Position numbers and translations under genes: made by a program
From: Thraustochytrium aureum
Taxonomy: Eukaryota
DNA length: 33,046 bases
Reading direction: 5' to 3'
Assembly (NCBI GenBank): GCA_012862495.1
Contig: BLSG01000182.1
Coordinates: forward strand, 153,889 to 186,934
The notes under the pieces: generated by a model
Database searches by the model: none
What the model saw: the letters and a program-made list of their open reading frames with translations, nothing else
Told to the model about the DNA's origin: nothing
Part shown: piece by piece, positions 22,089 through 31,392 of the stretch
Position numbering within the stretch: the stretch's first letter is position 1
Layout: every line of letters begins with the position of its first letter

Positions 22089-22864
22089 NNNNNNNNNNNN
22101 NNNNNNNNNNNNNNNNNNNNNNNNNNNNNNNNNNNNNNNNNNNNNNNNNNNNNNNNNNNNNNNNNNNNNNNNNNNNNNNNNNNNNNNNNNNNNNNNNNNN
22201 NNNNNNNNNNNNNNNNNNNNNNNNNNNNNNNNNNNNNNNNNNNNNNNNNNNNNNNNNNNNNNNNNNNNNNNNNNNNNNNNNNNNNNNNNNNNNNNNNNNN
22301 NNNNNNNNNNNNNNNNNNNNNNNNNNNNNNNNNNNNNNNNNNNNNNNNNNNNNNNNNNNNNNNNNNNNNNNNNNNNNNNNNNNNNNNNNNNNNNNNNNNN
22401 NNNNNNNNNNNNNNNNNNNNNNNNNNNNNNNNNNNNNNNNNNNNNNNNNNNNNNNNNNNNNNNNNNNNNNNNNNNNNNNNNNNNNNNNNNNNNNNNNNNN
22501 NNNNNNNNNNNNNNNNNNNNNNNNNNNNNNNNNNNNNNNNNNNNNNNNNNNNNNNNNNNNNNNNNNNNNNNNNNNNNNNNNNNNNNNNNNNNNNNNNNNN
22601 NNNNNNNNNNNNNNNNNNNNNNNNNNNNNNNNNNNNNNNNNNNNNNNNNNNNNNNNNNNNNNNNNNNNNNNNNNNNNNNNNNNNNNNNNNNNNNNNNNNN
22701 NNNNNNNNNNNNNNNNNNNNNNNNNNNNNNNNNNNNNNNNNNNNNNNNNNNNNNNNNNNNNNNNNNNNNNNNNNNNNNNNNNNNNNNNNNNNNNNNNNNN
22801 NNNNNNNNNNNNNNNNNNNNNNNNNNNNNNAGAGGCGGCGGACGCGCCACTGGCTGGCGGGACG

Positions 22865-25324
22865 ATGGACATGCAGAACCACGGGTACCACTTGCACCAG
22901 GCGACGACGCGTGCGGCTGGCCAGGCTCCCCACTTGCCCCTGGTCGGCGCGCAGAACGGCGAAGGCACGGCGAACGGGCACCAGCACAACCATGCCGCAG
23001 CGACGGGCGGCGGGGCGTTCGTGCAGAACGAGCAGCGATTGATGCAAAGCAAGGCCAGCACGGCGCAAAAATCGTTTTGGCAGGCGATTACAATGGGCTG
23101 CCTCGAGACCGTGCAATGCCTGCTGGACCACCGTGACATCCAAATCAACATGTACGACGTAGACGGCGAGCAGAGGCAGGGCGGCACAGCGCTGCACCTG
23201 GCCATCCTTGAGATGCCCACCTGGAAAGGGTCGGAGGGGCGCAACGGCATCCAGACGGCCGATTTTGTGAAAAAGTTTATTCGAACCCTGCTCGACAACG
23301 GTGCCGACACAGAGATGGTGTGCCGGTACAAGGGCGAGTGGTACCTCCAGACGGCGGCGGGCAAGACAAAGTCGTTCTTCCCCGAGGGCTACGACGCCTT
23401 GGGGCTCGTGCTGCAGTTTATTGAGATCACGCGCGGCGCGGACGTGATCGCGAACGACGTCACCAAGAGGCTCGAGCTGATCCGCGACCTCTTGCTGCAG
23501 CACATCCACCACCAAGACCTCAAGGCCAAGCAGCTGATTCCCGCAAAGTACACGCCGCGGCTCTCCGAGTCGCTGCTCAGCATGTTTGACGAGGGCAAGT
23601 TCACGGACTTGGAGATCCGGTGCGAGGACCGCACGTTCAAGGTGCACAGGATGGTGCTCGCCGCGCGGAGCCTGGTGTTCAACCGCATGTTCAGCTCGGA
23701 GCTCCTCGAGTCGCGCGCCAACGTGGTCGACGTCAAGGAGGTCGACCCTGAGGCCCTCTACGCGTTCCTCAAGTTTATGTACACGGACCAGATTGACGAG
23801 TGCCACGTGGCGCACGCTTCCGATCTTCTCGTCCTAGCCAACCGCTACGACGTGCGCGACCTCAAGGACTTGTGCACGCACACACTCCTGCGCGGGATAA
23901 CCGTTCAAAATGCTGCGAGCGTGCTGGCAATCGCGGACTCGTGCCACGCGCCCGAGCTCAAGCGCTGCGCGCTGCACTTTATCTCGGAAAACATCAAGAC
24001 CATCCGGGACGAGTCGGAGGATTATGCCAACCTGGACGCCAACCTGATGCGCGAGATTCTGGAGTCGGTCGTCGACCTGCACCCGCGCAAGCGGCAACGA
24101 ACTGCGACCTCGCAGGCCCCGCTGCGAGGCCTCTATACCATGACGCCGGCGATGCAGGGCCTTCACAGCCCAGGCCAGGGCTTTGCTGTCGGGCCTGGCC
24201 ATTCAACGACGCCCGCGCAGATCTCCCGTGCCGCGCCTGCAAGCAATGACCAGGGCTTTGCGAGGAGCGCCGTGGGGGCCGCGCCACAAGCGCTCCTCGG
24301 GGCCCCGCCCGCCGTGCACAGCCTTGACGTGTCCGCCCGTCAAGAATCGCTGTCTTCGGCTTCCACCGGGCCGACGAGCTCCAGGCCACGGTCGGCAGTG
24401 CGGTCGGTCTCGTCGGGGTCCGCGGGCCCGACCGCTCGGCCTGATGGCGACGCCAACGGCCCGGCCGGCTCTGACGGCGCCTCCAGCGCGCCGCCCGTGG
24501 GCCAGGTTGCGGCAGCGCTCGCTGACCCTGCTGGCCCGCATCGCGAGGGTCTTTTTGGGTCGCGGCGGTTCTGGGGGCGGCCCGGGCCCGGTCAGCATGG
24601 CTCAAGCACGCCTGCACACTTGGACCGCGAGCGGGAGCGCAGCGCAGAGACCGTGTGCGATTCGCGCCGGGGCGATCCGCAGCCGCCGCGTTCAGAGTCG
24701 CTCTACTCGGAGACGGCCGGCTCGCTCGGCTCGCAGAGCAAGGAGTGGGAGGTGCAGAACGGTGGCTCGCATAGAAGCTTTGGCGGCTCGTGTGACGGGG
24801 CTAGCAACACGGGCGCAACTCAGTCGCCTCCTGACGTGCCTCGCGAAATCCCGATGGCGTCAGCGCGGCCGTTCTTGGCCTCGTCGTTGTCGTCCTCCTC
24901 CTCGTCCTCCTCGTCGTCGTCTTCGTCGTCGTCGTCGTCGTCGTCGTCGTCCGCGCTGGTCGCCGACGTTTGCGAGCGCGGTTCGGACGATGCGCGGCCC
25001 AGCACATCGACGGCAATGACGCAACGGCCCAGCGCGAGCTCGGCTTTGGCTGCGGCCCCGGGTGGCGGCGGGACCCCTGGCGACGCGAGCCAACACTCCT
25101 CGCAGCCCCAACCCTTGGAGATCGAACCAACGCTTGGTGCGAGCGACAAGGGAGCTGGCGTAGACTCTAGGGTGCAGGGCGGGTGCAGCTCGGAGCGGAT
25201 CAGCACAGTGGCAGACGGCGTTCAGAGTGCGAGCGCGAGCTCGAGCACGAGCGCCGAGTTCGTCTACAAGCCGCCGCCGAACCAAAAGCGCGGGAAGAAA
25301 CAACGGCGCCAGGGCGATGTGTAA
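22865..25324 (+). CDS. Ankyrin-repeat + BTB/POZ + BACK-like protein with a long low-complexity tail (start may lie further upstream in the gap)
   Basis: Ankyrin-like QAITMGCLETVQCLLD, GGTALHLAI and LLDNGAD; BTB FTDLEIRCEDRTFKVHRMVLAARSLVFNRMF...FLKFMYTD...LLVLANRYDVRDLKDLC; ITVQNAASVLAIAD...LKRCALHFI; basic PRKRQR. Confidence 0.92.
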   Translation: MDMQNHGYHLHQATTRAAGQAPHLPLVGAQNGEGTANGHQHNHAAATGGGAFVQNEQRLMQSKASTAQKSFWQAITMGCLETVQCLLDHRDIQINMYDVDGEQRQGGTALHLAILEMPTWKGSEGRNGIQTADFVKKFIRTLLDNGADTEMVCRYKGEWYLQTAAGKTKSFFPEGYDALGLVLQFIEITRGADVIANDVTKRLELIRDLLLQHIHHQDLKAKQLIPAKYTPRLSESLLSMFDEGKFTDLEIRCEDRTFKVHRMVLAARSLVFNRMFSSELLESRANVVDVKEVDPEALYAFLKFMYTDQIDECHVAHASDLLVLANRYDVRDLKDLCTHTLLRGITVQNAASVLAIADSCHAPELKRCALHFISENIKTIRDESEDYANLDANLMREILESVVDLHPRKRQRTATSQAPLRGLYTMTPAMQGLHSPGQGFAVGPGHSTTPAQISRAAPASNDQGFARSAVGAAPQALLGAPPAVHSLDVSARQESLSSASTGPTSSRPRSAVRSVSSGSAGPTARPDGDANGPAGSDGASSAPPVGQVAAALADPAGPHREGLFGSRRFWGRPGPGQHGSSTPAHLDRERERSAETVCDSRRGDPQPPRSESLYSETAGSLGSQSKEWEVQNGGSHRSFGGSCDGASNTGATQSPPDVPREIPMASARPFLASSLSSSSSSSSSSSSSSSSSSSSSALVADVCERGSDDARPSTSTAMTQRPSASSALAAAPGGGGTPGDASQHSSQPQPLEIEPTLGASDKGAGVDSRVQGGCSSERISTVADGVQSASASSSTSAEFVYKPPPNQKRGKKQRRQGDV
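24881..24952 (+). repeat. (TCG/TCC)n coding microsatellite encoding a poly-Ser tract
   Basis: tcgtcgttgtcgtcctcctcctcgtcc...tcgtcgtcc in frame in the BTB gene. Confidence 0.9.
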
Positions 25325-25943
25325 TCACTTCTTTCNNNNNNNNNNNNNNNNNNNNNNNNNNNNNNNNNNNNNNNNNNNNNNNNNNNNNNNNNNNNNNNNN
25401 NNNNNNNNNNNNNNNNNNNNNNNNNNNNNNNNNNNNNNNNNNNNNNNNNNNNNNNNNNNNNNNNNNNNNNNNNNNNNNNNNNNNNNNNNNNNNNNNNNNN
25501 NNNNNNNNNNNNNNNNNNNNNNNNNNNNNNNNNNNNNNNNNNNNNNNNNNNNNNNNNNNNNNNNNNNNNNNNNNNNNNNNNNNNNNNNNNNNNNNNNNNN
25601 NNNNNNNNNNNNNNNNNNNNNNNNNNNNNNNNNNNNNNNNNNNNNNNNNNNNNNNNNNNNNNNNNNNNNNNNNNNNNNNNNNNNNNNNNNNNNNNNNNNN
25701 NNNNNNNNNNNNNNNNNNNNNNNNNNNNNNNNNNNNNNNNNNNNNNNNNNNNNNNNNNNNNNNNNNNNNNNNNNNNNNNNNNNNNNNNNNNNNNNNNNNN
25801 NNNNNNNNNNNNNNNNNNNNNNNNNNNNNNNNNNNNNNNNNNNNNNNNNNNNNNNNNNNNNNNNNNNNNNNNNNNNNNNNNNNNNNNNNNNNNNNNNNNN
25901 NNNNNNNNNNNNNNNNNNNNNNNNNNNNNNNNNNNNNNNNNNN

Positions 25944-27276
25944 TGAAGCCCGTGAACGCGCGCTCGATGAGGCTCGAGGGGAACAGCGGCGACGTTGCAA
26001 TGAGGTCCTCGGCGCTGAGCAGGGGCTTGCTGGACGTGTTGGCGCTACCAGCAGGGCCGGCCATTTCCTGAGCGCTCGCGCCGGACGGCTGCTGGGCGGT
26101 GGGCCGTTGGGGGTGGGTCTCGCACGGAAGCCTCGTGTACTCCGAGTCAAAGTAAATTTTCCCTTCGTCCGGCTTCCAGGGCACGGGGCAGGCCTTTGCC
26201 AAGAGCGCGTCAAAGTCGGTGGTCGCGAAGAAGGGGTGCATGCGGATCTTGTCGACCCCGTTGCTGCCGAGGCGGAAGCGCGGGTCCTTGACGAGCAGGC
26301 CAACAATAAACTCCTTGGAGGCTGGCGACGCCGTCGACGCTTCGGGGAACACGAGCTCGCGCGAGCAAATCCCTTCAAACATCTTCCGGCGGTTCTTCGA
26401 GTACCAGGGCGGCAGGCCGAACAGCATCTCGTACAACATGACGCCAAGCGACCACCAGTCGACCGAGAGGCCGTGCGAGCAGCGGCGAAGCACCTCCGGG
26501 GCGAGGTACTCTGGGGTGCCGCAAAAGGTGTCCGTCCCTCGCGTGCAGTCGCGGATGCCTTCCTTGGAGAGTCCAAAGTCGGCGAGCATGATGTGGCCAT
26601 CGCTGGCGATCAGGACGTTCTCGGGCTTGAGGTCGCGGTAGACCACGTTGAACGAGTGCAGGTGCTCGAGCGCGAGCACGAGCTCTGCTGCGTAAAACCT
26701 GGCGCGGTTCTCCGGAAAGCGGCCGACGCGCGAGAGGTGATAGTACAGCTCGCCGCCCGAGCAAAAGTCCATCACGAGGTTGAGCGAGTGGGCGGTCTGG
26801 TAGGCAAACTTGAGCGAGACGATGAACGGGTGGCTCGAGGTCTGGCCAAGCACGCTGCGCTCTGTCATGGTGTGCGAGGTCTGCTTTTGTTGAATGATCT
26901 TCTTCTTGTCCAGCACCTTCATGGCGTAGAGTTTGTCCTTTTCCTGGCCGACGAGGCTGCGCACCAGGATCACCTTGGCGAACGACCCTGTGCCGAGCAC
27001 GATCAGCCGCTTGAAGTCGTCGTCGCAGACGCGGCGGCCCTTTTTGGCTTGGAGCCCGCCGGGGATGGCGCCGGTCTCGCGCTCCAAAAGTTCTTCTTCG
27101 GCTTCAAAATTTGCCTGGGCTTGCGCTCCTGCTTTGCCTTGGCTGGCCTCGCCGCGGTGGCCGCCTTCGAGGTTGAGGCTGCCTAGGCACTCGGTGACGA
27201 ACGTCTCCTTTTTCAGGGGGGAAGCCCCGTTGAATGTAAGCGATGCCGGCAGCGGCCGCTTGTTGGTGGTCATCAT
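25944..27276 (-). CDS. AGC-family Ser/Thr kinase (S6K/SGK/Akt-like); last residues in gap
   Basis: LGTGSFAKV, YAMKVLDK, HPFIVSLKFAYQT, YRDLKPEN, DFGLSKE, activation loop TDTFCGTPEYLAPE, VDWWSLG, YFDSEYT and hydrophobic motif FTGF at the gap edge. No PH domain is visible. Confidence 0.95.
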
Positions 27277-28732
27277 CCTGGCTGGTCCTTGTGCGGGCCT
27301 GCGCCTGACTCCTCTGCTCGCTGCTCTGCCGCTCTCAATATACAGACACTGCAAAGGGTATGTACAAGTCGGGTTGGGGCCGCTTCACATCCGCGACCGG
27401 CTTGGGGCGAGCGGTTGCCGCGAGGTCGTCCCGCCCTGCGCCCGGCCCTTCCTCCTTCTGCTCCTCCCGCACCTCCGCCCCTTGTGCGGCTCCTTGTGCT
27501 CTTCTTCTTTTCTTGCTCTTCCTCTTGGCTGGCGCGCCAATCCTCAGCTCTCTGCCTTTTCTCTCTGTCGTCGTGCTCGACGCGGGTCGCGGCTCGCTCG
27601 TGTCTGTTAGAGCTTCTCCGCGCTCATACTGTCCAGGCCAACCGTGTTCACGAATTTCGTCACGTCGCGCAAGCCAGCAGCGCAGCGCAGCGCGGCCAGC
27701 GAGCGGAGTAAGAGCGTGCGCGCGCGATCCGCCCCCGCTCCCGCTCCGTCCGGCCCCTTCTGGCGAGCCCACCCGCGCCGAAGCGCGCTCCCCCGCGAGC
27801 TCCGCGAGCNNNNNNNNNNNNNNNNNNNNNNNNNNNNNNNNNNNNNNNNNNNNNNNNNNNNNNNNNNNNNNNNNNNNNNNNNNNNNNNNNNNNNNNNNNN
27901 NNNNNNNNNNNNNNNNNNNNNNNNNNNNNNNNNNNNNNNNNNNNNNNNNNNNNNNNNNNNNNNNNNNNNNNNNNNNNNNNNNNNNNNNNNNNNNNNNNNN
28001 NNNNNNNNNNNNNNNNNNNNNNNNNNNNNNNNNNNNNNNNNNNNNNNNNNNNNNNNNNNNNNNNNNNNNNNNNNNNNNNNNNNNNNNNNNNNNNNNNNNN
28101 NNNNNNNNNNNNNNNNNNNNNNNNNNNNNNNNNNNNNNNNNNNNNNNNNNNNNNNNNNNNNNNNNNNNNNNNNNNNNNNNNNNNNNNNNNNNNNNNNNNN
28201 NNNNNNNNNNNNNNNNNNNNNNNNNNNNNNNNNNNNNNNNNNNNNNNNNNNNNNNNNNNNNNNNNNNNNNNNNNNNNNNNNNNNNNNNNNNNNNNNNNNN
28301 NNNNNNNNNNNNNNNNNNNNNNNNNNNNNNNNNNNNNNNNNNNNNNNNNNNNNNNNNNNNNNNNNNNNNNNNNNNNNNNNNNNNNNNNNNNNNNNNNNNN
28401 NNNNNNNNNNNNNNNNNNNNNNNNNNNNNNNNNNNNNNNNNNNNNNNNNNNNNNNNNNNNNNNNNNNNNNNNNNNNNNNNNNNNNNNNNNNNNNNNNNNN
28501 NNNNNNNNNNNNNNNNNNNNNNNNNNNNNNNNNNNNNNNNNNNNNNNNNNNNNNNNNNNNNNNNNNNNNNNNNNNNNNNNNNNNNNNNNNNNNNNNNNNN
28601 NNNNNNNNTGGTTGAACGCAATGGGTTGAACGACTGCTTTTTGTTTTGGTGCGGGGTCGGAGCCGCCGGCTCTGCACTGAAACGTCTGGCGTGCGAACTC
28701 GCAGACGTTTGCGCACGCGTTAGAAGAAGCGC

Positions 28733-28890
28733 CTGCATCGCTCTGCGACGGCGCAGGCAGCCACGGAATGGTAGACCGACTGGTCGCTTGCGCATTTTCA
28801 CGAGCTTCCCGGCGCGCGGGGCAACCGCACGCTCTTTCCAAGGCGTACGTACGCATCCAGGCCCTCGGCGCACTGGCATCGCTGTCCAAC
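28733..28890 (+). repeat. Direct repeat copy 1 (core ~155 bp; weaker similarity extends to ~29072)
   Basis: Aligns by eye with 30950-31109: ctgca.cgctctgcgacggcgcaggcagcca.ggaa.ggtaga.cgac.ggtcgctt...ttttcacgagcttcccggcgcgcggggcaaccgcacgctc.ttccaaggcgtacg.acgcatccaggccctcggcgcactggcatcgctg. Confidence 0.95.
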
Positions 28891-29103
28891 GAGAACGCGC
28901 GACGCTGGTCCGCAGCAGCAAAGTACCCCGTTGATTCGTGAATTGCATCAGAAGCGGGCAGTTGGCAGCAAGAGCCCGGCTGAGGCAAACCTCTGGCCAA
29001 CGCCCTGGAGATGGGATGCGATGCGCAACGCGCCAAACTGAAGGAACCCTGCGTGCAGAGGGAAAAAAAGGTTTTTGTGGAGTGATTCGCTGCAGGTCTA
29101 ACT

Positions 29104-30006
29104 CTAAGCGCATTGCGCCACTGCGAGCGTCAGCAAAGCTGTCTGCGCTGTCGTAAGCCAAAAGCGCTGGCCCCGTGCCGCGTCGGAGACGGTGGGACTC
29201 GCGGAGGGACTCGCGGAGGGACTCGCGGAGGGACTCGCGGAGGGGCTTTCGCCCAAGCGGTCGTTGACGAGCTCAGGGCCGGAGAGGAGGACATACCCGT
29301 ATTCGTCGCCCAAGGGAGAGCCAGAGCCCGCGGGGCCCCACAAGCAGCGAGCTGGGCCCATGACTGGGGTGCCTGCGCAAGCGTTACTGGTATTGAAGTA
29401 CGCGATCTGGCCAGGATTGCCCGCTTCGACGAGAAGCGATTCCCGTTCGGCGCCATTCAGACAGCCAGCTGCAATCCAGGATACATCCTGGTCAACATCG
29501 CCCATCTCGGCCCAGACCTGGGCAAGCTCGCGCCCAGGAACAAGCACTGAGCACGGGTCCTCGACTTTGGGGCTCCCTTTCAAATTGAAGATTGCGAAAA
29601 TGTCATCTGTGTCCACGGTTGTGATAGAAACGCCAGTGGAAGTGCCGTCGTTCACATCGGTGCCGTTGACGTAACGCGTGCCCGCAACGCAGCCCAGGTC
29701 TGCAGTGGTGACAGTTCCACTCTGGTCGGGCTCCACAGGCGTGGTGCAATTCGAGTCTGTGTACCTGGTGCGGATGTAGCCCTTCAACGCGTCCGCCGGA
29801 TCCACCGACTCGTACAGGAGGAACCCTTGGCTATCGCGGTAGCACAAGTCCAGCACTGTGTAGAAAATGCTGCCCTTCGCTTCGGTGCAGTCAACGGAGT
29901 TCGGGTAGTTGACGGTTTCAATTGCTTTGACAAGCTTGCCCTCCGCGAAGTCGGTGCTCGCGAGCGCGGCCGCTGCCGCGAGGAGGCGGATGGTCTGGCG
30001 CGCCAT
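29104..30006 (-). CDS. Putative secreted, GPI-anchored Cys-containing surface glycoprotein; no family recognised
   Basis: Signal-peptide-like MARQTIRLLAAAAALASTDFAEG, several Cys, N-glycosylation sequons (NCT, NGT, NTS), a (SPSA)4 stalk, small residues SDAA, then a hydrophobic tail ALLTLAVAQCA*. Intronless. Confidence 0.8.
   Translation of the reverse strand: MARQTIRLLAAAAALASTDFAEGKLVKAIETVNYPNSVDCTEAKGSIFYTVLDLCYRDSQGFLLYESVDPADALKGYIRTRYTDSNCTTPVEPDQSGTVTTADLGCVAGTRYVNGTDVNDGTSTGVSITTVDTDDIFAIFNLKGSPKVEDPCSVLVPGRELAQVWAEMGDVDQDVSWIAAGCLNGAERESLLVEAGNPGQIAYFNTSNACAGTPVMGPARCLWGPAGSGSPLGDEYGYVLLSGPELVNDRLGESPSASPSASPSASPSASPTVSDAARGQRFWLTTAQTALLTLAVAQCA
29194..29241. repeat. 12-bp perfect tandem repeat x4 (gggactcgcgga) encoding the Ser/Pro/Ala stalk
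   Basis: Four identical units read directly. Confidence 0.95.
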
Positions 30007-30082
30007 GTCTGCTTGGCTTGGTCTGCTCACTGCTCGTCGTACGCGCTCGGATGGTTGCGTTTTGGGTCTGCCAGTGGTCGTG

Positions 30083-30162
30083 GGCGGCAGTACTCTGATG
30101 AGGCACGCGGGTTTGCTAGCCTGAGGCTGCCATTCTGCGCTGCTCTGTCACGGTGGCGTGTG
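30083..30162 (+). repeat. Left arm of an imperfect ~75-80 bp inverted repeat (partner 31318-31392)
   Basis: ggcggcagtactctgatgaggcacgcgggtttgctagcct--gaggctgccattctgcgctgctc...tggcgtgtg versus the reverse complement of the right arm, ggcgggcggtactctgcggcatgcgggtttgccagcctcaggaggctgccattctgcgctgctcgctggcgtgtg. Confidence 0.92.
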
Positions 30163-30723
30163 CATGGCCGGTTTGGGTGCACAAGAAAGCGCGGTGCAGA
30201 GTGCTGCTTCGTGTTGGCAGAGCTGCAGTTGCTGGCGGTGGACGACGTCCAGCATTCACTCCTCTGAATCAGTTCAGATGAGGAAAACTGAGGAAAAGGG
30301 AAGGCCCTCGCGGTGTGAAAGAGGGGTGCAAATGAGGTACAATACCCAACTTGGACTCCCTCTGGCTGTCCCTGCACAGGCTCAGGTAAGTACTGAGAGG
30401 GAACCTGCGTCAAACTGCCTGCGCTGCACTGCACCATACCTGCACTGCACTCAAGTAGAGTACCTTAGGTCCCTCTAGCTGGTAGGCCTTCAGTACCTGC
30501 ACCATTCCTCACCCACCCGTAAAAGCGCAAGGCCATCATCGCGCCAAACAGCGCGCGCCGCCGTGCCGCCTGCCGCACGAGCGCGCTCGTGTGCGACAAG
30601 CTTCTCGGTTGCCGCGGGAGCGCCGCCGATTGTGTTCTTGGCAACTTCTTGCACCAAGGAGGATCCTCCTTGCTCGCACCCTCCTTGCTTGCACATACTT
30701 GGCCTCTTTCTTTTCTTGTCGTA

Positions 30724-30809
30724 GGGGGGTAGGTACTACACATTTGGAACACTACATTGTTCTTGGGCTAGCCAGCAGGGGTGGCCTCCCTACACTGTAC
30801 CTACCCCCC
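30724..30809. repeat. MITE-like 86-bp segment with perfect 13-bp terminal inverted repeats
   Basis: ggggggtaggtac (30724-30736) and gtacctacccccc (30797-30809). No target-site duplication recognised. Confidence 0.55.
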
Positions 30810-30899
30810 CAGAGAACAAGATGCACCGCTGAGAACTCGCCGCAAGACGAACATGTAGACGGCGGCGCAACGCGATGGGTGTAATGCAATGCAATCCCA

Positions 30900-30949
30900 T
30901 GCCTGATGCCGATTGCCTGGTGCCGATTGCCTGATGCCGATTGCCTGAT
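30900..30949. repeat. 14-bp tandem repeat (tgcctgatgccgat), about 3.5 copies, abutting direct repeat copy 2
   Basis: tgcctgatgccgat tgcctggtgccgat tgcctgatgccgat tgcctgat. Confidence 0.92.
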
Positions 30950-31109
30950 CTGCAACGCTCTGCGACGGCGCAGGCAGCCAGGGAACGGTAGATCGACGGG
31001 TCGCTTACTACGCTTTTTCACGAGCTTCCCGGCGCGCGGGGCAACCGCACGCTCATTCCAAGGCGTACGCACGCATCCAGGCCCTCGGCGCACTGGCATC
31101 GCTGACAAC
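30950..31109 (+). repeat. Direct repeat copy 2 (core ~160 bp; weaker similarity extends to ~31553)
   Basis: Same-orientation copy of 28733-28890 with scattered substitutions and small indels. Confidence 0.95.
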
Positions 31110-31317
31110 TTGCATCTTTCGCGATTGATCTTGATCTCAACCAGAACGCTTGCGAGCGGCGGCGAAGCCATTCTTTCGCTCGCCACGTCGGATTATCCCG
31201 ACGTGCGTCTCCGGCGTTGCCCCGGGAGGACGCTGGCCTCCTCCAGGAGAAACCAGAGTATCGTGCACAGTGTGCCGTGCGCCTGGAGGAGGCGATGCGA
31301 ATGATGCGATACACAAT

Positions 31318-31392
31318 CACACGCCAGCGAGCAGCGCAGAATGGCAGCCTCCTGAGGCTGGCAAACCCGCATGCCGCAGAGTACCGCCCGCC
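31318..31392 (-). repeat. Right arm of the imperfect inverted repeat (partner 30083-30162)
   Basis: cacacgccagcgagcagcgcagaatggcagcctcctgaggctggcaaacccgcatgccgcagagtaccgcccgcc, followed by a short (CGCA)n run. Confidence 0.92.

Noticed and set aside
21554..25324. 1256-aa ORF suggesting a ZMYND10-ankyrin-BTB fusion
   Set aside because: Joined only through an N gap, and its pre-gap part is not the ZMYND10 frame. Two separate genes are more likely.
27335..27809. Possible upstream coding exon of the AGC kinase
   Set aside because: The open frame ends in a stop before the kinase ATG, no convincing splice pair was found, and the purine-rich content fits a 5' UTR.
30088..30131. CTGATGA hammerhead-core-like or C/D-box-like motif in the left inverted-repeat arm
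   Set aside because: No GAAA after stem II, too short for a C/D snoRNA, and the motif is absent from the partner arm.
28733..31109. LTR retrotransposon interpretation of the direct repeats
   Set aside because: No TG...CA termini, primer-binding site, TSD or gag/pol sequence recognised between the copies.
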